64,000 nucleotides of DNA from Candidatus Hopanoidivoransaceae bacterium (GCA_965204495.1 OZ241989.1:1641214-1705213), one strand, 5' to 3'. Positions 16,563 through 26,595 are shown, numbered from the stretch's first letter. Numbers and translations are program-made. Notes: generated by a model from the sequence alone, not told the origin.

Positions 16563-18023
16563 CTAAGCCGGCCAATTAATCGACTGAACTTCCGAATAAG
16601 CATGCAACCCCCAAACCCCCCTGTCTCGCCCGACCCCAGACATCTTGAACCCGCCAAATGGCGCCTCCATATGCGGAGCCACCGTGTTCAAGGCGACATT
16701 GCCCGACTCCACCCGCTTGGCAAGCTCAAACCCGCGAGCCAAATCGCCTGAATACACATAGCTGAAAAGCCCGTAGTCGGAGTCGTTGGCCAGTGCCACA
16801 GCGTGGTCGTCCCCGTCGTGCGGCACCACCACGACCACCGGCCCGAACACTTCCTCCCTCACCACATGCATCTCCGGCTTGCAGTCGGCCAGCAGCGTAG
16901 GCGCAACGAAATAGCCCGGCAGATCAGGCCGTTCCCCGCCGCACACCAGAGTGGCACCCTCGTCTTGGCCGCCGGCGATAAAGCTCTCAACCCGCTCGCG
17001 ATGAACCTCGGTGATGACAGGCCCCACGATGGTATCCCGCTCGCAAGCATCCCCGACTTTCAAAAACTGCGACACGGCAGCCAGTTTCTCCACAGTCTCG
17101 TCGTAGATATCACGATGGCAGATGACCCTGGTGGGGGCCGTGCAGATTTGCCCGGAGTGGAAGCCCCAGACGCTGGCGATGCCTTGGACGGCTTTGTCCG
17201 TGTCGCAGTCTTCCGTCATTATCATGGCGCCTTTGCCGCCTAGTTCCATTAGCAGCCGCTTCATCGTCTTGCCGCCGGCTTCAAAGATTTTCGCCCCCAC
17301 GACAGAGCTGCCCGTGAAGCTGATCATGTTCACATCCGGCGAATCCACTAGGGCTGCGCCGACTTCCGCGCTGGCTCCGCTCACCACATTCACCACGCCC
17401 GGCGGGAACACCTCGTCTAATGTGCGCCCCAGCTCTATGACCGCCAGCGGGTCTTGCGGGGCGGGCTTGATGATGACCGTGTTGCCCATAGCCAGTGCGG
17501 GCGCGATCTTGCCGGCCACATTGGTAAGCGGGAAGTTGTAGGGGGTGATGCAGGCCACCACGCCTGCTGGCTGGCGCACCACATAGGCGCCCAGCAAGGC
17601 AGCTGGCGCCAAAGCGGTGGCGGGCGAGGTGAGCGGAGCGACAGGCACATTCACATCCATAGGCCGCGAGTAGTAGCGGAAACGGTCTATGAACGCTCCC
17701 GATACCTGCATGGTCTCGGCGACATTGATGGTGGAGCCTGTTTCGGCCTGCACCAGATCCACCCAGTCGGGGCATCGCTGCGCTATCAAGTCTGCTGCTT
17801 TGGCGAGATAGCTGCAACGCTCGGCCATGTCGGTGTCTCGCCAGCTGGGGAATGCTTGTTTTGCCGCAGCTGCCGCTTGGTGCGCGTGCTCGGCTGTGGC
17901 TTCGGGGGCATGGCCGACCACTTGCGTGGTGTTCGGGTCAATGACCTCGTAGGTGCCACCGGGAACTACCCGCTCGCCGCCGATAACGAGATCCCATACT
18001 TCGTCAACATTTATATTGTTCAT
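16563..18023 (-). CDS. NAD(P)+-dependent aldehyde dehydrogenase
   Basis: Motifs ELGGKGA and FHSGQICTAPTR are present. I moved the start from the track (18071) to Met17 (ATG 18023-18021) because the first 16 codons lie inside repeat element E4. Confidence 0.85.
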   Translation of the reverse strand: MNNINVDEVWDLVIGGERVVPGGTYEVIDPNTTQVVGHAPEATAEHAHQAAAAAKQAFPSWRDTDMAERCSYLAKAADLIAQRCPDWVDLVQAETGSTINVAETMQVSGAFIDRFRYYSRPMDVNVPVAPLTSPATALAPAALLGAYVVRQPAGVVACITPYNFPLTNVAGKIAPALAMGNTVIIKPAPQDPLAVIELGRTLDEVFPPGVVNVVSGASAEVGAALVDSPDVNMISFTGSSVVGAKIFEAGGKTMKRLLMELGGKGAMIMTEDCDTDKAVQGIASVWGFHSGQICTAPTRVICHRDIYDETVEKLAAVSQFLKVGDACERDTIVGPVITEVHRERVESFIAGGQDEGATLVCGGERPDLPGYFVAPTLLADCKPEMHVVREEVFGPVVVVVPHDGDDHAVALANDSDYGLFSYVYSGDLARGFELAKRVESGNVALNTVAPHMEAPFGGFKMSGVGRDRGVWGLHAYSEVQSINWPA

Positions 18024-18056
18024 GGTTTCAAGATTAGTCTTTTTGCTTATCTGTGT

Positions 18057-18203
18057 GGCAGGCAACGGCACATCTTTTTTGGCTCCACGGTGAGGCGGGG
18101 GGCGGTGTGTCTTTTTTGCACGACTTCAATGGTTTAGCGAAAAAACCCATACGGCAAAAGGGTAATGCGGAGGCAAAAAAGATGCGCCGCTGCCCGCCGT
18201 TGC
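18057..18203 (+). repeat. Mosaic palindromic intergenic element, copy E4 (extra half-arm + core type C)
   Basis: A solitary arm ggcaggcaacggcacatctttttt sits at 18057-18080. It is followed by ctccacggtgaggcggggggcggtgtgtctttttt-[core C]-aaaaaagatgcgccgctgcccgccgttgc. This is the reverse complement of E5. Confidence 0.85.
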
Positions 18204-18252
18204 TTTAGCAACAGCCTGCTAAAGAAAAAGCAACCCCCCGCCCCCTGAAGAA

Positions 18253-18483
18253 TCAACTCTTGGCTTTGGCGGCCCGTCTGCCCTTGGCTTTCGGGGCAGG
18301 CTCTTCAGCATCCTCCTCGTCTTCTTCCCCCTCGGCATCGCCTTCTTTCATTCCCTTGCGGAACTCCTTCTGGGCACTGCCGAGCGAGCGAGCCAGCTTT
18401 GGCAGCTGGGTGCTTCCGAAAAGCAGCAAAAGCACCACGAGGATGATTATCCATTCCCCCTGTCCGATGGTAACGCCAAGCAT
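18253..18483 (-). CDS. tatA: Twin-arginine translocase subunit TatA/E
   Basis: 76-aa ORF. A single TM helix is followed by FGSTQLPKLARSLGSAQKEFRKG and an acidic tail. Confidence 0.85.
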   Translation of the reverse strand: MLGVTIGQGEWIIILVVLLLLFGSTQLPKLARSLGSAQKEFRKGMKEGDAEGEEDEEDAEEPAPKAKGRRAAKAKS

Positions 18484-18537
18484 GTCTCTAGCTTAGCAGG
18501 TTTGTGCGGCAAAAAGCGCGCGGGCGGGGAGTATCTG

Positions 18538-18837
18538 TCAGATCGCCTGACGGTCGGAGCGAATTGCCACGACATTCTGATGGCGCAGCAGTCGACGTTC
18601 CCGGCGCAACACTCGCCGTTCCCGCTCGCTCATGCCGCCCCAGATGCCGAACTTCTCGCCGTTCTGCAAGGCGTACTCCAAGCACTCCTCTTTCACCACG
18701 CAGCCACGGCAGACGCTCTTGGCCTGCGCGCTGGAGACGCCTCGCTCTGGAAAGAAGAGGTCGGGGTCGATGCCAAGGCAGTTGGCTTCCTGCTTCCAAG
18801 AGAAGTCAGTGTCTTCTGGAATTGTCAAGTTCCTCAT
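18538..18837 (-). CDS. WhiB-family (Wbl) Fe-S transcriptional regulator
   Basis: 99-aa ORF with four Cys (C..x..C-x2-C-x5-C: CLG...CRGCVVKEEC) and the GIWGG turn followed by a basic tail. This is an actinobacterial hallmark. Confidence 0.9.
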   Translation of the reverse strand: MRNLTIPEDTDFSWKQEANCLGIDPDLFFPERGVSSAQAKSVCRGCVVKEECLEYALQNGEKFGIWGGMSERERRVLRRERRLLRHQNVVAIRSDRQAI

Positions 18838-19021
18838 TGTTTTCTCTTTCTGTTAGATGGTCGGTTGTCGGGTGTAAATAGCTGGCTTCTGCCGCTGAAA
18901 CCCTATAAGCCTAAGCCTATCAGCAACTTACAGCCATGTAATTTACACCCATGTAGTTTGCAGTCTGCCATAGAATTCCCCCCTTTGTCAAGTGCAATTT
19001 CAGAGAAAATTTTTGCCAGCT

Positions 19022-19141
19022 CAACGGCGGGCAACGGCGCATCTTTTTTGCCTCCGCATTACCCTTTTGCCGTATGGGTTTTTTCGCTAAACCATTGAAG
19101 TCGTGCAAAAAAGACACACCGCCCCCCGCCTCACCTTGGAG
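19022..19141 (-). repeat. Mosaic palindromic intergenic element, copy E5 (core type C, reverse orientation)
   Basis: caacggcgggcaacggcgcatctttttt-[core C]-aaaaaagacacaccgccccccgcctcaccttggag. Confidence 0.85.
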
Positions 19142-19273
19142 CCACCGAGCTACCCTCCACCACCAGCTGCAAAAGCCCCAGCCCAATTCCTCAAAAATTC
19201 TTTACACAACCCACCCCGCCACACTCCAGCAAACCGCTATCCAAGCAAAAGAAAGCCATCGAACCACAGGCAA

Positions 19274-19377
19274 GCAGGGGGACGGTGTTTGTTTTTTGGG
19301 CGTATTGCGGATGAGCTCCAGACCAGGCTAGAAAAAGGGTAGCACCGTAGCCCAAAAAATAAATGCCGTTGCCCTGC
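19274..19377 (+). repeat. Mosaic palindromic intergenic element, copy E6 (core type B)
   Basis: gcagggggacggtgtttgtttttt-[core B]-aaaaaataaatgccgttgccctgc. Both arms carry the same GGCGGG->GCAGGG change. Confidence 0.8.
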
Positions 19378-19402
19378 CGCACAGATAAAGAGCTACAAAA
19401 CC

Positions 19403-20707
19403 TCAACCCCTCCCGGCTAAATCAATCTCCTGACGGCTCAACCCCAGGAAGTACAGCACAGCATCCAAAAACGGCACATTCAGGCTGGTGTCAGCCGCTT
19501 CACGCACCTTCCTGCTGGCGCAAAAAGCTATGCCCAACCCAGCCACCTCCAACATGTCCAAGTCATTAGCCCCGTCCCCCACAGCCACAGTCTGCGCCAG
19601 AGGTATCGCTTCACGGGCAGCCAAGTCTCGCAGGAACTCAGCCTTAGCCCTGCGATCCACCACAGGCCCGACAATCCTGCCTGTGAGACAACCGTCCACG
19701 ATCTCCAGCTCGTTCGCATAAGTGAAATCCACGCCCAACTCCTCAGCCAGCCTGTCTGTAAAAAAGGTGAACCCCCCGCTAACCACAGCCGTGCGATAGC
19801 CGAGCCTGTGGAGAGTCCGCAGGAAAGTCCGGGCCCCAGTCGTCAGCTCGAGCTTCTTCCAAGCCCTGCCCAGCGCGCCTTCGTCTAACCCTTCCAGATG
19901 CGCCACCCGCTCCAAAAGCGACTCGGTGAAATCCAGCTCGCCGGCCACAGCCCGCTCGGTGATGCGGCTCACCTCCTCCACGCAGCCTGCTTCTTCGGCC
20001 AGCAGGTCTATCACTTCGTTCTGGATGAGCGTGGAATCCATGTCCATCGCCACGAGACGCTTAGCCCTGCGCACGATGCCTTCCATCTGGAAAGCGATGT
20101 CCAAGCGAGGGTGCGAGGCAGCGGTGCTCAGCAGCTCCTTGCGCATGTTCTCAAGGTCGCCGCCTTGCACATGAAGCTCGTAGCTGAAGACAGGCTTGCG
20201 GGAGAGACGGATGATTCTGTGGATGTTGCCGCCCCATTCGGCTATGGCGTTGGTGGCGTCTCGCAGGTCGGTGGCTGTGAGCTGCCTGCCCAGCAGCGTC
20301 ACGGCATAGGTCGGCTGGATTTTGGTGTGGGTCGGGTCTGCGACTTCAAATTCCACATTCAGGTCGTTCTGCCAGCCGTAGAAGAGCAGGTCTTTGAAGA
20401 GGTCGGGGCGGGCGTGGTCGTTGCCGTCTGCTGGCAGCGACACGATGAGGCCGAGGATCATGCGCTGGCGCACCGTTATCTGCTCTATGTCGCGCACAGT
20501 GGCACGGCAGCTGCTGAGCACCGCCAGAAGACTGGTGAGAATGCCCGGCCGGTCTATGCCGGTCACCCTCACATAAAAGGTTTCGTCGGGGCCTTGCTCG
20601 GAGAGATGCTGCTCTGACGGGCTTTCCTCGGAGAGATGCTGCTCGGAATCCGGGGGCTGCGTCGGCAAGTCTGCTTCCTCCATCTGGCTGTTTTCGGCTT
20701 TTTTCAT
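19403..20707 (-). CDS. serB: Phosphoserine phosphatase SerB with N-terminal ACT-like regulatory region
   Basis: 434-aa ORF with HAD motifs DMDSTLIQNEVID and GDGANDLDM. The N-terminal extension contains a duplicated SEQHLSE repeat. Confidence 0.85.
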   Translation of the reverse strand: MKKAENSQMEEADLPTQPPDSEQHLSEESPSEQHLSEQGPDETFYVRVTGIDRPGILTSLLAVLSSCRATVRDIEQITVRQRMILGLIVSLPADGNDHARPDLFKDLLFYGWQNDLNVEFEVADPTHTKIQPTYAVTLLGRQLTATDLRDATNAIAEWGGNIHRIIRLSRKPVFSYELHVQGGDLENMRKELLSTAASHPRLDIAFQMEGIVRRAKRLVAMDMDSTLIQNEVIDLLAEEAGCVEEVSRITERAVAGELDFTESLLERVAHLEGLDEGALGRAWKKLELTTGARTFLRTLHRLGYRTAVVSGGFTFFTDRLAEELGVDFTYANELEIVDGCLTGRIVGPVVDRRAKAEFLRDLAAREAIPLAQTVAVGDGANDLDMLEVAGLGIAFCASRKVREAADTSLNVPFLDAVLYFLGLSRQEIDLAGRG

Positions 20708-20731
20708 GCGTGCTCTCCGAAAGAATCTAAG

Positions 20732-22378
20732 TTACGATGTGCTGTCAGACGGCTTGTTTGCAGATAATGTGCTGTCAGACAAGTTGCTGTCAGACAAGTT
20801 GCTGTCAGACGACTTGCCTTCAGACGCGACCCGAACCGCAGCAGTGCCCACGAGCACAACCCCTAAAGCCGCCAGCATAGGCGCGGGAGGCAAGCTGAAA
20901 GCCAAAAGGAGGCTTCCGAACAAGCCGCAAACTGCAGCGATGCGAACGAAGACCTCGGCAGCTATCTGCGCTCTGCTCTGGGTTCGCTGAGCTATTTTTT
21001 CCCGCCGAGCCAGCGTGCGCTTGCTAGGGGGACGAGGTTCCAGCTGGTTGCGCTCGCGAAAACGATCGTCCAAAGTGCCTTCTGGCGGCGGTTTTACGGG
21101 CTTTTTGGGCAAGCGCAAGGCCAGAAAGCACAATACGGCCCCGTAAACAAGTGCGCAGAATGCTGCGAATGCCAAGCCCGCTCTGATGCTCACGAGCAGC
21201 ACCAGCACAAGCACGACCGCCCCGGATGTCGCATCGCTGTGGCGGGCAAACGGAGAGAGGGGTGGCGGACTTTGCTCTTCCTCCCAAGCAGAGGATTCGG
21301 GAGCCGGGTCAGCAGAGGGTTCGGGGGCCAGGTCAGCGGAGGATTCGGGGGCCAGCCCATCGGAGGGTTCACGAGCCGGCACAGCGGAGGATTTGAGAGC
21401 ACCAGACTTCCCAATGGCAGCAGCCACCGAGCCCGACACGCTGCGAAGCAGCGGCAACAGCACGCCGGCGCAAGCGATCACCACGCAAAGGCGAATGATT
21501 CCGCCCAGCCTGTTGAAACCGCCGAAATTGGCTGCTCGCACGAACGGGTCGTCGCCGATGGCAAGGTTGGCAGGAGACGACGAGGCGAACAACGATAGCG
21601 TCACCAAAATATAGACGGCGAAGACTGCCGCGATCATTCCTGCGGTGCCCCAAGGTATTGAAAACTGCGGACGCTTGGGACGCAAATCGGCAGTGCGGGC
21701 GTAGCCGGCAAAAGCAAAAAACAGCAACCCCGCAGCCGAGACTATGCCCCAACCTGCATCAGCCCCTTCTGAGAGATTGGAGATGTCTGCTTGCCGGCTG
21801 GAAGCCGATGCCACCGTCACCAGCAGCAGCACCAGAAGCACGAACCAAGCGATCAAGCGGTTGGCTGTGACGCCCAGCTCGTGAGCAGTGGCCTTGCGGT
21901 CGAAAAGCTTGGCTGTGTGCGCGCCTGTTGCGGGCGTGCCGGAGGTCTTCTTCGGTGTGCCCAAAAGGTCAGCCCAATTGACCCGATTGGCCAGCACTCC
22001 AGCCGCTACCACCCCGACTGCTGTCAGCTCCACTGCGTCGGGTGCTGCATAGGTGGCGATGACGAGGGCGAGCACGCAGCAAGCCATGATCTGTCCGCAG
22101 AAAAGGCTCCAAGCGGCAAGCGTGCTCAGAATTCCTGGCCGGGCAGTCTTGCCAAGCAGCGATTCCGCAAGAGTCGTTTCGCCTTCTGCTAGCCGCACGG
22201 CCGAGGTGGCGCAGCAGGCTGCTATCAAAGCCGCTATCGCCCAGCTCAAGAGCACCCAGCCTCCGGCTTCGTCAGCAGCTGCCCCCAGAGCTGCGAACAG
22301 CCCTGCTCCGAGCATCACTCGCATCCCTGCCAGCAGCACATCGCCGGTGCCGAGCTTGCGGCCGGGAGCAGTCAGCAC
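20732..22378 (-). CDS. APC-superfamily permease-like polytopic membrane protein with repeat-rich C-terminal extension
   Basis: Multiple TM segments are present, with an N-terminal pattern GAGLFAALGAAADEAGGWVLLSW. The track start (22540) overlaps the tRNA on the other strand. I use the in-frame GTG at 22378; ATG at 22324 is an alternative. The start is uncertain. Confidence 0.5.
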   Translation of the reverse strand: MLTAPGRKLGTGDVLLAGMRVMLGAGLFAALGAAADEAGGWVLLSWAIAALIAACCATSAVRLAEGETTLAESLLGKTARPGILSTLAAWSLFCGQIMACCVLALVIATYAAPDAVELTAVGVVAAGVLANRVNWADLLGTPKKTSGTPATGAHTAKLFDRKATAHELGVTANRLIAWFVLLVLLLVTVASASSRQADISNLSEGADAGWGIVSAAGLLFFAFAGYARTADLRPKRPQFSIPWGTAGMIAAVFAVYILVTLSLFASSSPANLAIGDDPFVRAANFGGFNRLGGIIRLCVVIACAGVLLPLLRSVSGSVAAAIGKSGALKSSAVPAREPSDGLAPESSADLAPEPSADPAPESSAWEEEQSPPPLSPFARHSDATSGAVVLVLVLLVSIRAGLAFAAFCALVYGAVLCFLALRLPKKPVKPPPEGTLDDRFRERNQLEPRPPSKRTLARREKIAQRTQSRAQIAAEVFVRIAAVCGLFGSLLLAFSLPPAPMLAALGVVLVGTAAVRVASEGKSSDSNLSDSNLSDSTLSANKPSDSTS

Positions 22379-22481
22379 ATCTGCTGTCAGTGCTTCGGCA
22401 GGCAGCCCATCAGAAGCCAGCGCGTCGGCTTCCGGGAGGTTGTCAAAAGAAGATTCTTCTGCTATAGTTGCAATAACCCGT

Positions 22482-22555
<74 letters not shown>

Positions 22556-22560
22556 CAAAG

Positions 22561-22630
22561 CAATTTGCAACTCAGCAATTCGCAACTTAGCAATTCGCAA
22601 CTCAGTAATTTGCTACTCAGCAATTTCATT
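22561..22630 (+). repeat. 15-bp tandem repeat (caattYgcaactYag) x ~4.5 immediately 3' of the tRNA
   Basis: Direct reading gives caatttgcaactcag / caattcgcaacttag / caattcgcaactcag / taatttgctactcag / caatttcatt. Confidence 0.9.
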
Positions 22631-22692
22631 TGAGGCACAGACATTTTGGCCCATTTTCTGCCCATTTTGCTTGTGCCCATTAGTTCTGTTTC

Positions 22693-25600
22693 TCAGCCCG
22701 CAGCTGCTGCGGCTGGTTCGGCGATATTCTCTGATGTTTCCGGCAGTTCGGATTCCAGCAGCTCAGAGAGTTTGCGCGTCAGTTCATTGTGATAGCGGTC
22801 TATGGATGCCAGCTTCACGGTGTCGTAGCCGCGAATCATGTCGGCCAGATCTGCGATCTCTACGACGAGATGGTAGTTTTCAGAAGTGATCTGCTCAGAC
22901 AGCTCATTGATCATGTCTATGTATTCCGCGATCAGTCGGCGTTCTATGCGCCGCTCTTTGGCGTAGCCGAAGACATCCAAGAAAGTCCCGCGAACTTTGC
23001 GCATCGGCCTTAGCAGGCGGAACAGCGCAGACGCCAGCCAGCGGGGAAGGGCCATCTTCTTTGCTAATCCCAGCTTCGTGAAGATAGGCGGCTGCAGCAA
23101 GAAAGAGACTTTGGCTTTTGTTGAGAAGCTGTCGTTTATCTGGCTGCGCAGTTCGGGCAGCAGGTGCAGCCTGGCCACTTCGTATTCGTCTTTGTAGGCC
23201 ATGAGCTTGTAAAGGTTCTTCGCCACAGCCAAGCTCAGGGGGCCGGTTTCGCCAGCTGCCTTTTGCCCCATGCCAACTGCACGCTCACGGCTAGAGATGT
23301 TGCCGACGGCGGCGAGATAACGCTTGGAGTAAGCCAGGCTCTGATAGCTGGCCAAGTCGTTGGCTCGCAAGGTCAGCAGATCGTGCAGCGCGCCGTCATG
23401 TTCTGCGCTGTCATCAAGTGAGCCGTCACGCCGTGCGCCGTCAACCTCCGAAGAACCTGTGATTTTGCCTATCTCTGCGGCAATGCGCTTGGACTTTTTG
23501 GTTTCTTTAGGCTCTGCCTGAGCCTCGGCTTCCCCGGTCTCCACAGCCAAGAGCTTCGCCTGCAGCGAAGGGTTGGCCGCCAGCGCACGGCCGAGACGAA
23601 AAGCTGCGATGTTCACATTGGCCGCCACGCCGTTTATCTCAATGGCATGTTCGATAGCCTCAGCGCGCATAGGCAACTGCCCGCTCTGATACGCCGCTCC
23701 CAGCACCAGAATGTTGGCGGGAGGCTGCGACTTGAAGAACAGCCGCGAAAGGCTTTCGGCATCCACCCATATCTGGCTCTTGGTGCGCTCTTTGATGCGG
23801 CCGTGAAGCTGCTCGGCCTCGGGGAAGCTCACATTCGCGTCTGAAATCATCTCGCCGGTGGGCAGCTCCGAAGTGGAGACGGCAGCAGCTGTGCGCCCGG
23901 CGGAAGCACGCTGCAGCACGGCCTCGTCAGATGCGGCCAGCTTGTCGAAAAGCAGCAGAGTGTCGGCTTGGCCGGTGCCGATCCGATTGGAGACATCTTC
24001 GGCATCTGCTGTGATCTTCAAATTGGAGATCACTTGGCCGCCTTTCTGGCTGAGACCGGTCTGGTCCAAACCGAGGCAGTGCTTGCCGTCCAGCAGAGCG
24101 GCAGTAGCCAGCACTTGGCTGGCAGTCACCACCCCGGTGCCGCCGATGCCGGCTAGCAGCATGTTTGCTTCGGCGGGGATGCTGGCAGGGTCGGGCAGCG
24201 ATTCGGCTGTGGCTTCGGCGAGGATTTTTTCGGCCACATCAAAGCGTTCGCCTCGGCTGCGGAGGTTGTGGTCGCCTCGGCCGTGCTGTTTCTGCCAAGT
24301 CTTCTCAATGGGATTGTCTTTTTCGTCGCTTTGACGGCGCTTCTGCTTGCGAAGCTGTCTGGGCGAAACCGCCACCTTCACGAACGAAGGGCAGTTGCCT
24401 TCCAAACATGTGAAGTCTTGATTGCAAGACTCTTGATGGATGCGGGTTTTCTGACCGAATTCCGTCTCCACCGGGAACACGCTCAAGCAGTTGGACACTT
24501 GAGCGCAGTCTCCGCAGCCTTCGCAGACGCGCTCGTTGATGACCACTCTGAAGGGCGGAGCCTCAACCTCGCGGCGGCGGCGTTTCTTGCGCAAATCGGC
24601 GGCGCATTCCTGGTCGTAGATGAGGGCAGTGGTGCCTTCGATCTCGCGCAGCTCCCGCTGCACATCCACCACATCGGTGCGGGGGCGAAGCTCCACATTC
24701 GGCGCCCAGTTGGCTTTGGCAGGGTATTTCTGGATGTCGTCGGCCACCACTATCGTGCGGCGCACTCCCTCTGCCGCCAGCAGCATCGTGAGGTCGGGCA
24801 CGGAAGTCTCGCCTGCGGCAGACTGCCCGCCCGTCATGGCCACCACGCTGTTGTAGAGAATCTTGAAGGTGATGTTCACGCCCGAAGCCACAGCTTGGCG
24901 AATAGCGAGCGATCCCGAATGGTATAAAGTGCCGTCGCCGATGTTCTGGAAACGGTGCTCGTCCGAGACGAAGGGCGCAGACCCGACCCAAGTGCAGCCT
25001 TCGCCGCCCATCTGGGTGAGACCTTCCACCTGGCGGGTCGGAATGAACAGCGACATGCTATGGCAGCCGATGCCGCCCAAGGTGATAGACCCTTCGGGAG
25101 TCACATTGGAGCGATTGTGAGGACAGCCGCTGCAGTAGTAAGGCGCGCGCTTCGGCAGGGCTTCGCCGTTCAGACTCTGGACGGATATGTGCTCGCTTCT
25201 GGGCAGAGCATCGGGGCCGAGGCGGTCGGTGAGCATCTCTCTGAGAGTATGCACCACCAAATCGGCTTCTATGTAGCCATAGTCGGGGAAAAGAGTCTTG
25301 CCCGATGTGTTCGTGCGGCCCGAGATGGCTGGTCTGTGATCCAAGGGGTAAAGGATGTCTCGCAGCTGCAGCTCAATGAACGGGTTTTTCTCCTCCACGA
25401 CCATGATTTCCGCAAGGCCTTCTGCGAACTCCGCCACCGCAGTCGGCTCCAGCGGCCAGATCATGGCCGGCTTCATTATGCGTATGCCGATCTTGCTCAG
25501 CGCGGCATCGTCTATGCCTAGCTGCTGGAGGGCTTCGCACACATCGTAATAGCTCTTGCCGGCAGAGACGATGCCCAGCCAGGCGTTGCTTCCCATCGCG

Positions 25601-26436
25601 CCGCGCATGTGCGTGAGGTTGTTGCGACGGGCGAACTCCACAGCGGCAGCCACGCGCTTTTCTCGCATCTCGCGCTCTATCTCCAGCACCCAAGGCGGCA
25701 GCAGCTGCTGAGTCTGCTGGAATTTCCAAGCTTCAGGGTCGGGCTCGGGCTGGACTCGGTCTGGCCCGACGCTTACAGTGGCGTAGGCATCGGCCACATC
25801 GGTAACGATCTTGAAGCCCACCCACAGACCGCTGGCCCTGGAAAGCTCGTAGCCCCAGCGGCCTAAGTCGATCACTTCTTGAACCGAGCCGGGATACAGC
25901 ACGGGCATCGGCGTCTCTGCCAGCACGCCTTCGCTGGCCGAAGGCACGGTGGAAGACTTGCAAGCCGGGTCGTCGCCTGCCACGCACAGAACGCCGCCGT
26001 GAGGTGAAGTGCCCGACATGTTGGCGTGGCGGAAGGCGTCGCCAGCGCGATCCACGCCCGGCGCTTTGCCGTACCACATTCCCATCACTCCGTCGAAGAG
26101 CGCGCCGCTCATCGTGGAAGAAAGCTGGCTGCCCCAGACCACGGTGGCCGCCAGCTCTTCGTTCACCCCGTTGATGAAGTTGATGTCTTTGCCCATCAGC
26201 AGGCTCTTGTAGCGCATGTATTGCGAATCGACTCCCGCCAGCGGCGAACCTCTGTAGCCGCATACCAGCCCGGCGGTGGCGAGGCCGTTGTCTTCGTCTG
26301 CCATGCGCTGATCCACCATCACTCGCAGCAGAGCGTCTATGCCCGACATCGCCACCCTGCCTTCGCGCAAGGTCATGCGATCTTTCGGCGCGAAGGAAAC
26401 TTCAGTGCGCAGAGACGGAGAGGTGAGGAGAGTCAT
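22693..26436 (-). CDS. Indolepyruvate/2-oxoacid:ferredoxin oxidoreductase family protein (fused alpha-beta)
   Basis: 1247-aa ORF with a TPP-domain pattern (GIGCHSM, GGEGCTWVG) and a ferredoxin-like Cys cluster CEGCGDCAQVSNC...C..C. The size is typical of fused Ior-family enzymes. Confidence 0.8.
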   Translation of the reverse strand: MTLLTSPSLRTEVSFAPKDRMTLREGRVAMSGIDALLRVMVDQRMADEDNGLATAGLVCGYRGSPLAGVDSQYMRYKSLLMGKDINFINGVNEELAATVVWGSQLSSTMSGALFDGVMGMWYGKAPGVDRAGDAFRHANMSGTSPHGGVLCVAGDDPACKSSTVPSASEGVLAETPMPVLYPGSVQEVIDLGRWGYELSRASGLWVGFKIVTDVADAYATVSVGPDRVQPEPDPEAWKFQQTQQLLPPWVLEIEREMREKRVAAAVEFARRNNLTHMRGAMGSNAWLGIVSAGKSYYDVCEALQQLGIDDAALSKIGIRIMKPAMIWPLEPTAVAEFAEGLAEIMVVEEKNPFIELQLRDILYPLDHRPAISGRTNTSGKTLFPDYGYIEADLVVHTLREMLTDRLGPDALPRSEHISVQSLNGEALPKRAPYYCSGCPHNRSNVTPEGSITLGGIGCHSMSLFIPTRQVEGLTQMGGEGCTWVGSAPFVSDEHRFQNIGDGTLYHSGSLAIRQAVASGVNITFKILYNSVVAMTGGQSAAGETSVPDLTMLLAAEGVRRTIVVADDIQKYPAKANWAPNVELRPRTDVVDVQRELREIEGTTALIYDQECAADLRKKRRRREVEAPPFRVVINERVCEGCGDCAQVSNCLSVFPVETEFGQKTRIHQESCNQDFTCLEGNCPSFVKVAVSPRQLRKQKRRQSDEKDNPIEKTWQKQHGRGDHNLRSRGERFDVAEKILAEATAESLPDPASIPAEANMLLAGIGGTGVVTASQVLATAALLDGKHCLGLDQTGLSQKGGQVISNLKITADAEDVSNRIGTGQADTLLLFDKLAASDEAVLQRASAGRTAAAVSTSELPTGEMISDANVSFPEAEQLHGRIKERTKSQIWVDAESLSRLFFKSQPPANILVLGAAYQSGQLPMRAEAIEHAIEINGVAANVNIAAFRLGRALAANPSLQAKLLAVETGEAEAQAEPKETKKSKRIAAEIGKITGSSEVDGARRDGSLDDSAEHDGALHDLLTLRANDLASYQSLAYSKRYLAAVGNISSRERAVGMGQKAAGETGPLSLAVAKNLYKLMAYKDEYEVARLHLLPELRSQINDSFSTKAKVSFLLQPPIFTKLGLAKKMALPRWLASALFRLLRPMRKVRGTFLDVFGYAKERRIERRLIAEYIDMINELSEQITSENYHLVVEIADLADMIRGYDTVKLASIDRYHNELTRKLSELLESELPETSENIAEPAAAAAG

Positions 26437-26521
26437 ATCAGCTTGTTTCTAAGACTAGTCAGCCTGCTTCTTAGACTAGTCGGCTTGCCCGCTGAACCCT
26501 GCACTCTTGCTAGTTGAACCC

Positions 26522-26595
26522 GCAGGGCAACGGCGCATCTTTTTATGCTCAGACACGCAAGCGAACTCGCCTAAAAAGACACGCCGTCCCCCTGC
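26522..26595 (-). repeat. Mosaic palindromic intergenic element, copy E7 (core type A, reverse orientation)
   Basis: gcagggcaacggcgcatcttttt-[core A]-aaaaagacacgccgtccccctgc. A second solitary arm gcagggcaacggggcattt at 26641-26659 overlaps the permease stop codon. Confidence 0.85.

Noticed and set aside
18024-18071. First 16 codons of the aldehyde dehydrogenase as given in the track.
   Set aside because: They lie inside the solitary arm of repeat element E4 and are not part of the conserved ALDH N-terminus. Met17 (MNNINVDEVWDLVIGG) is the more plausible start.
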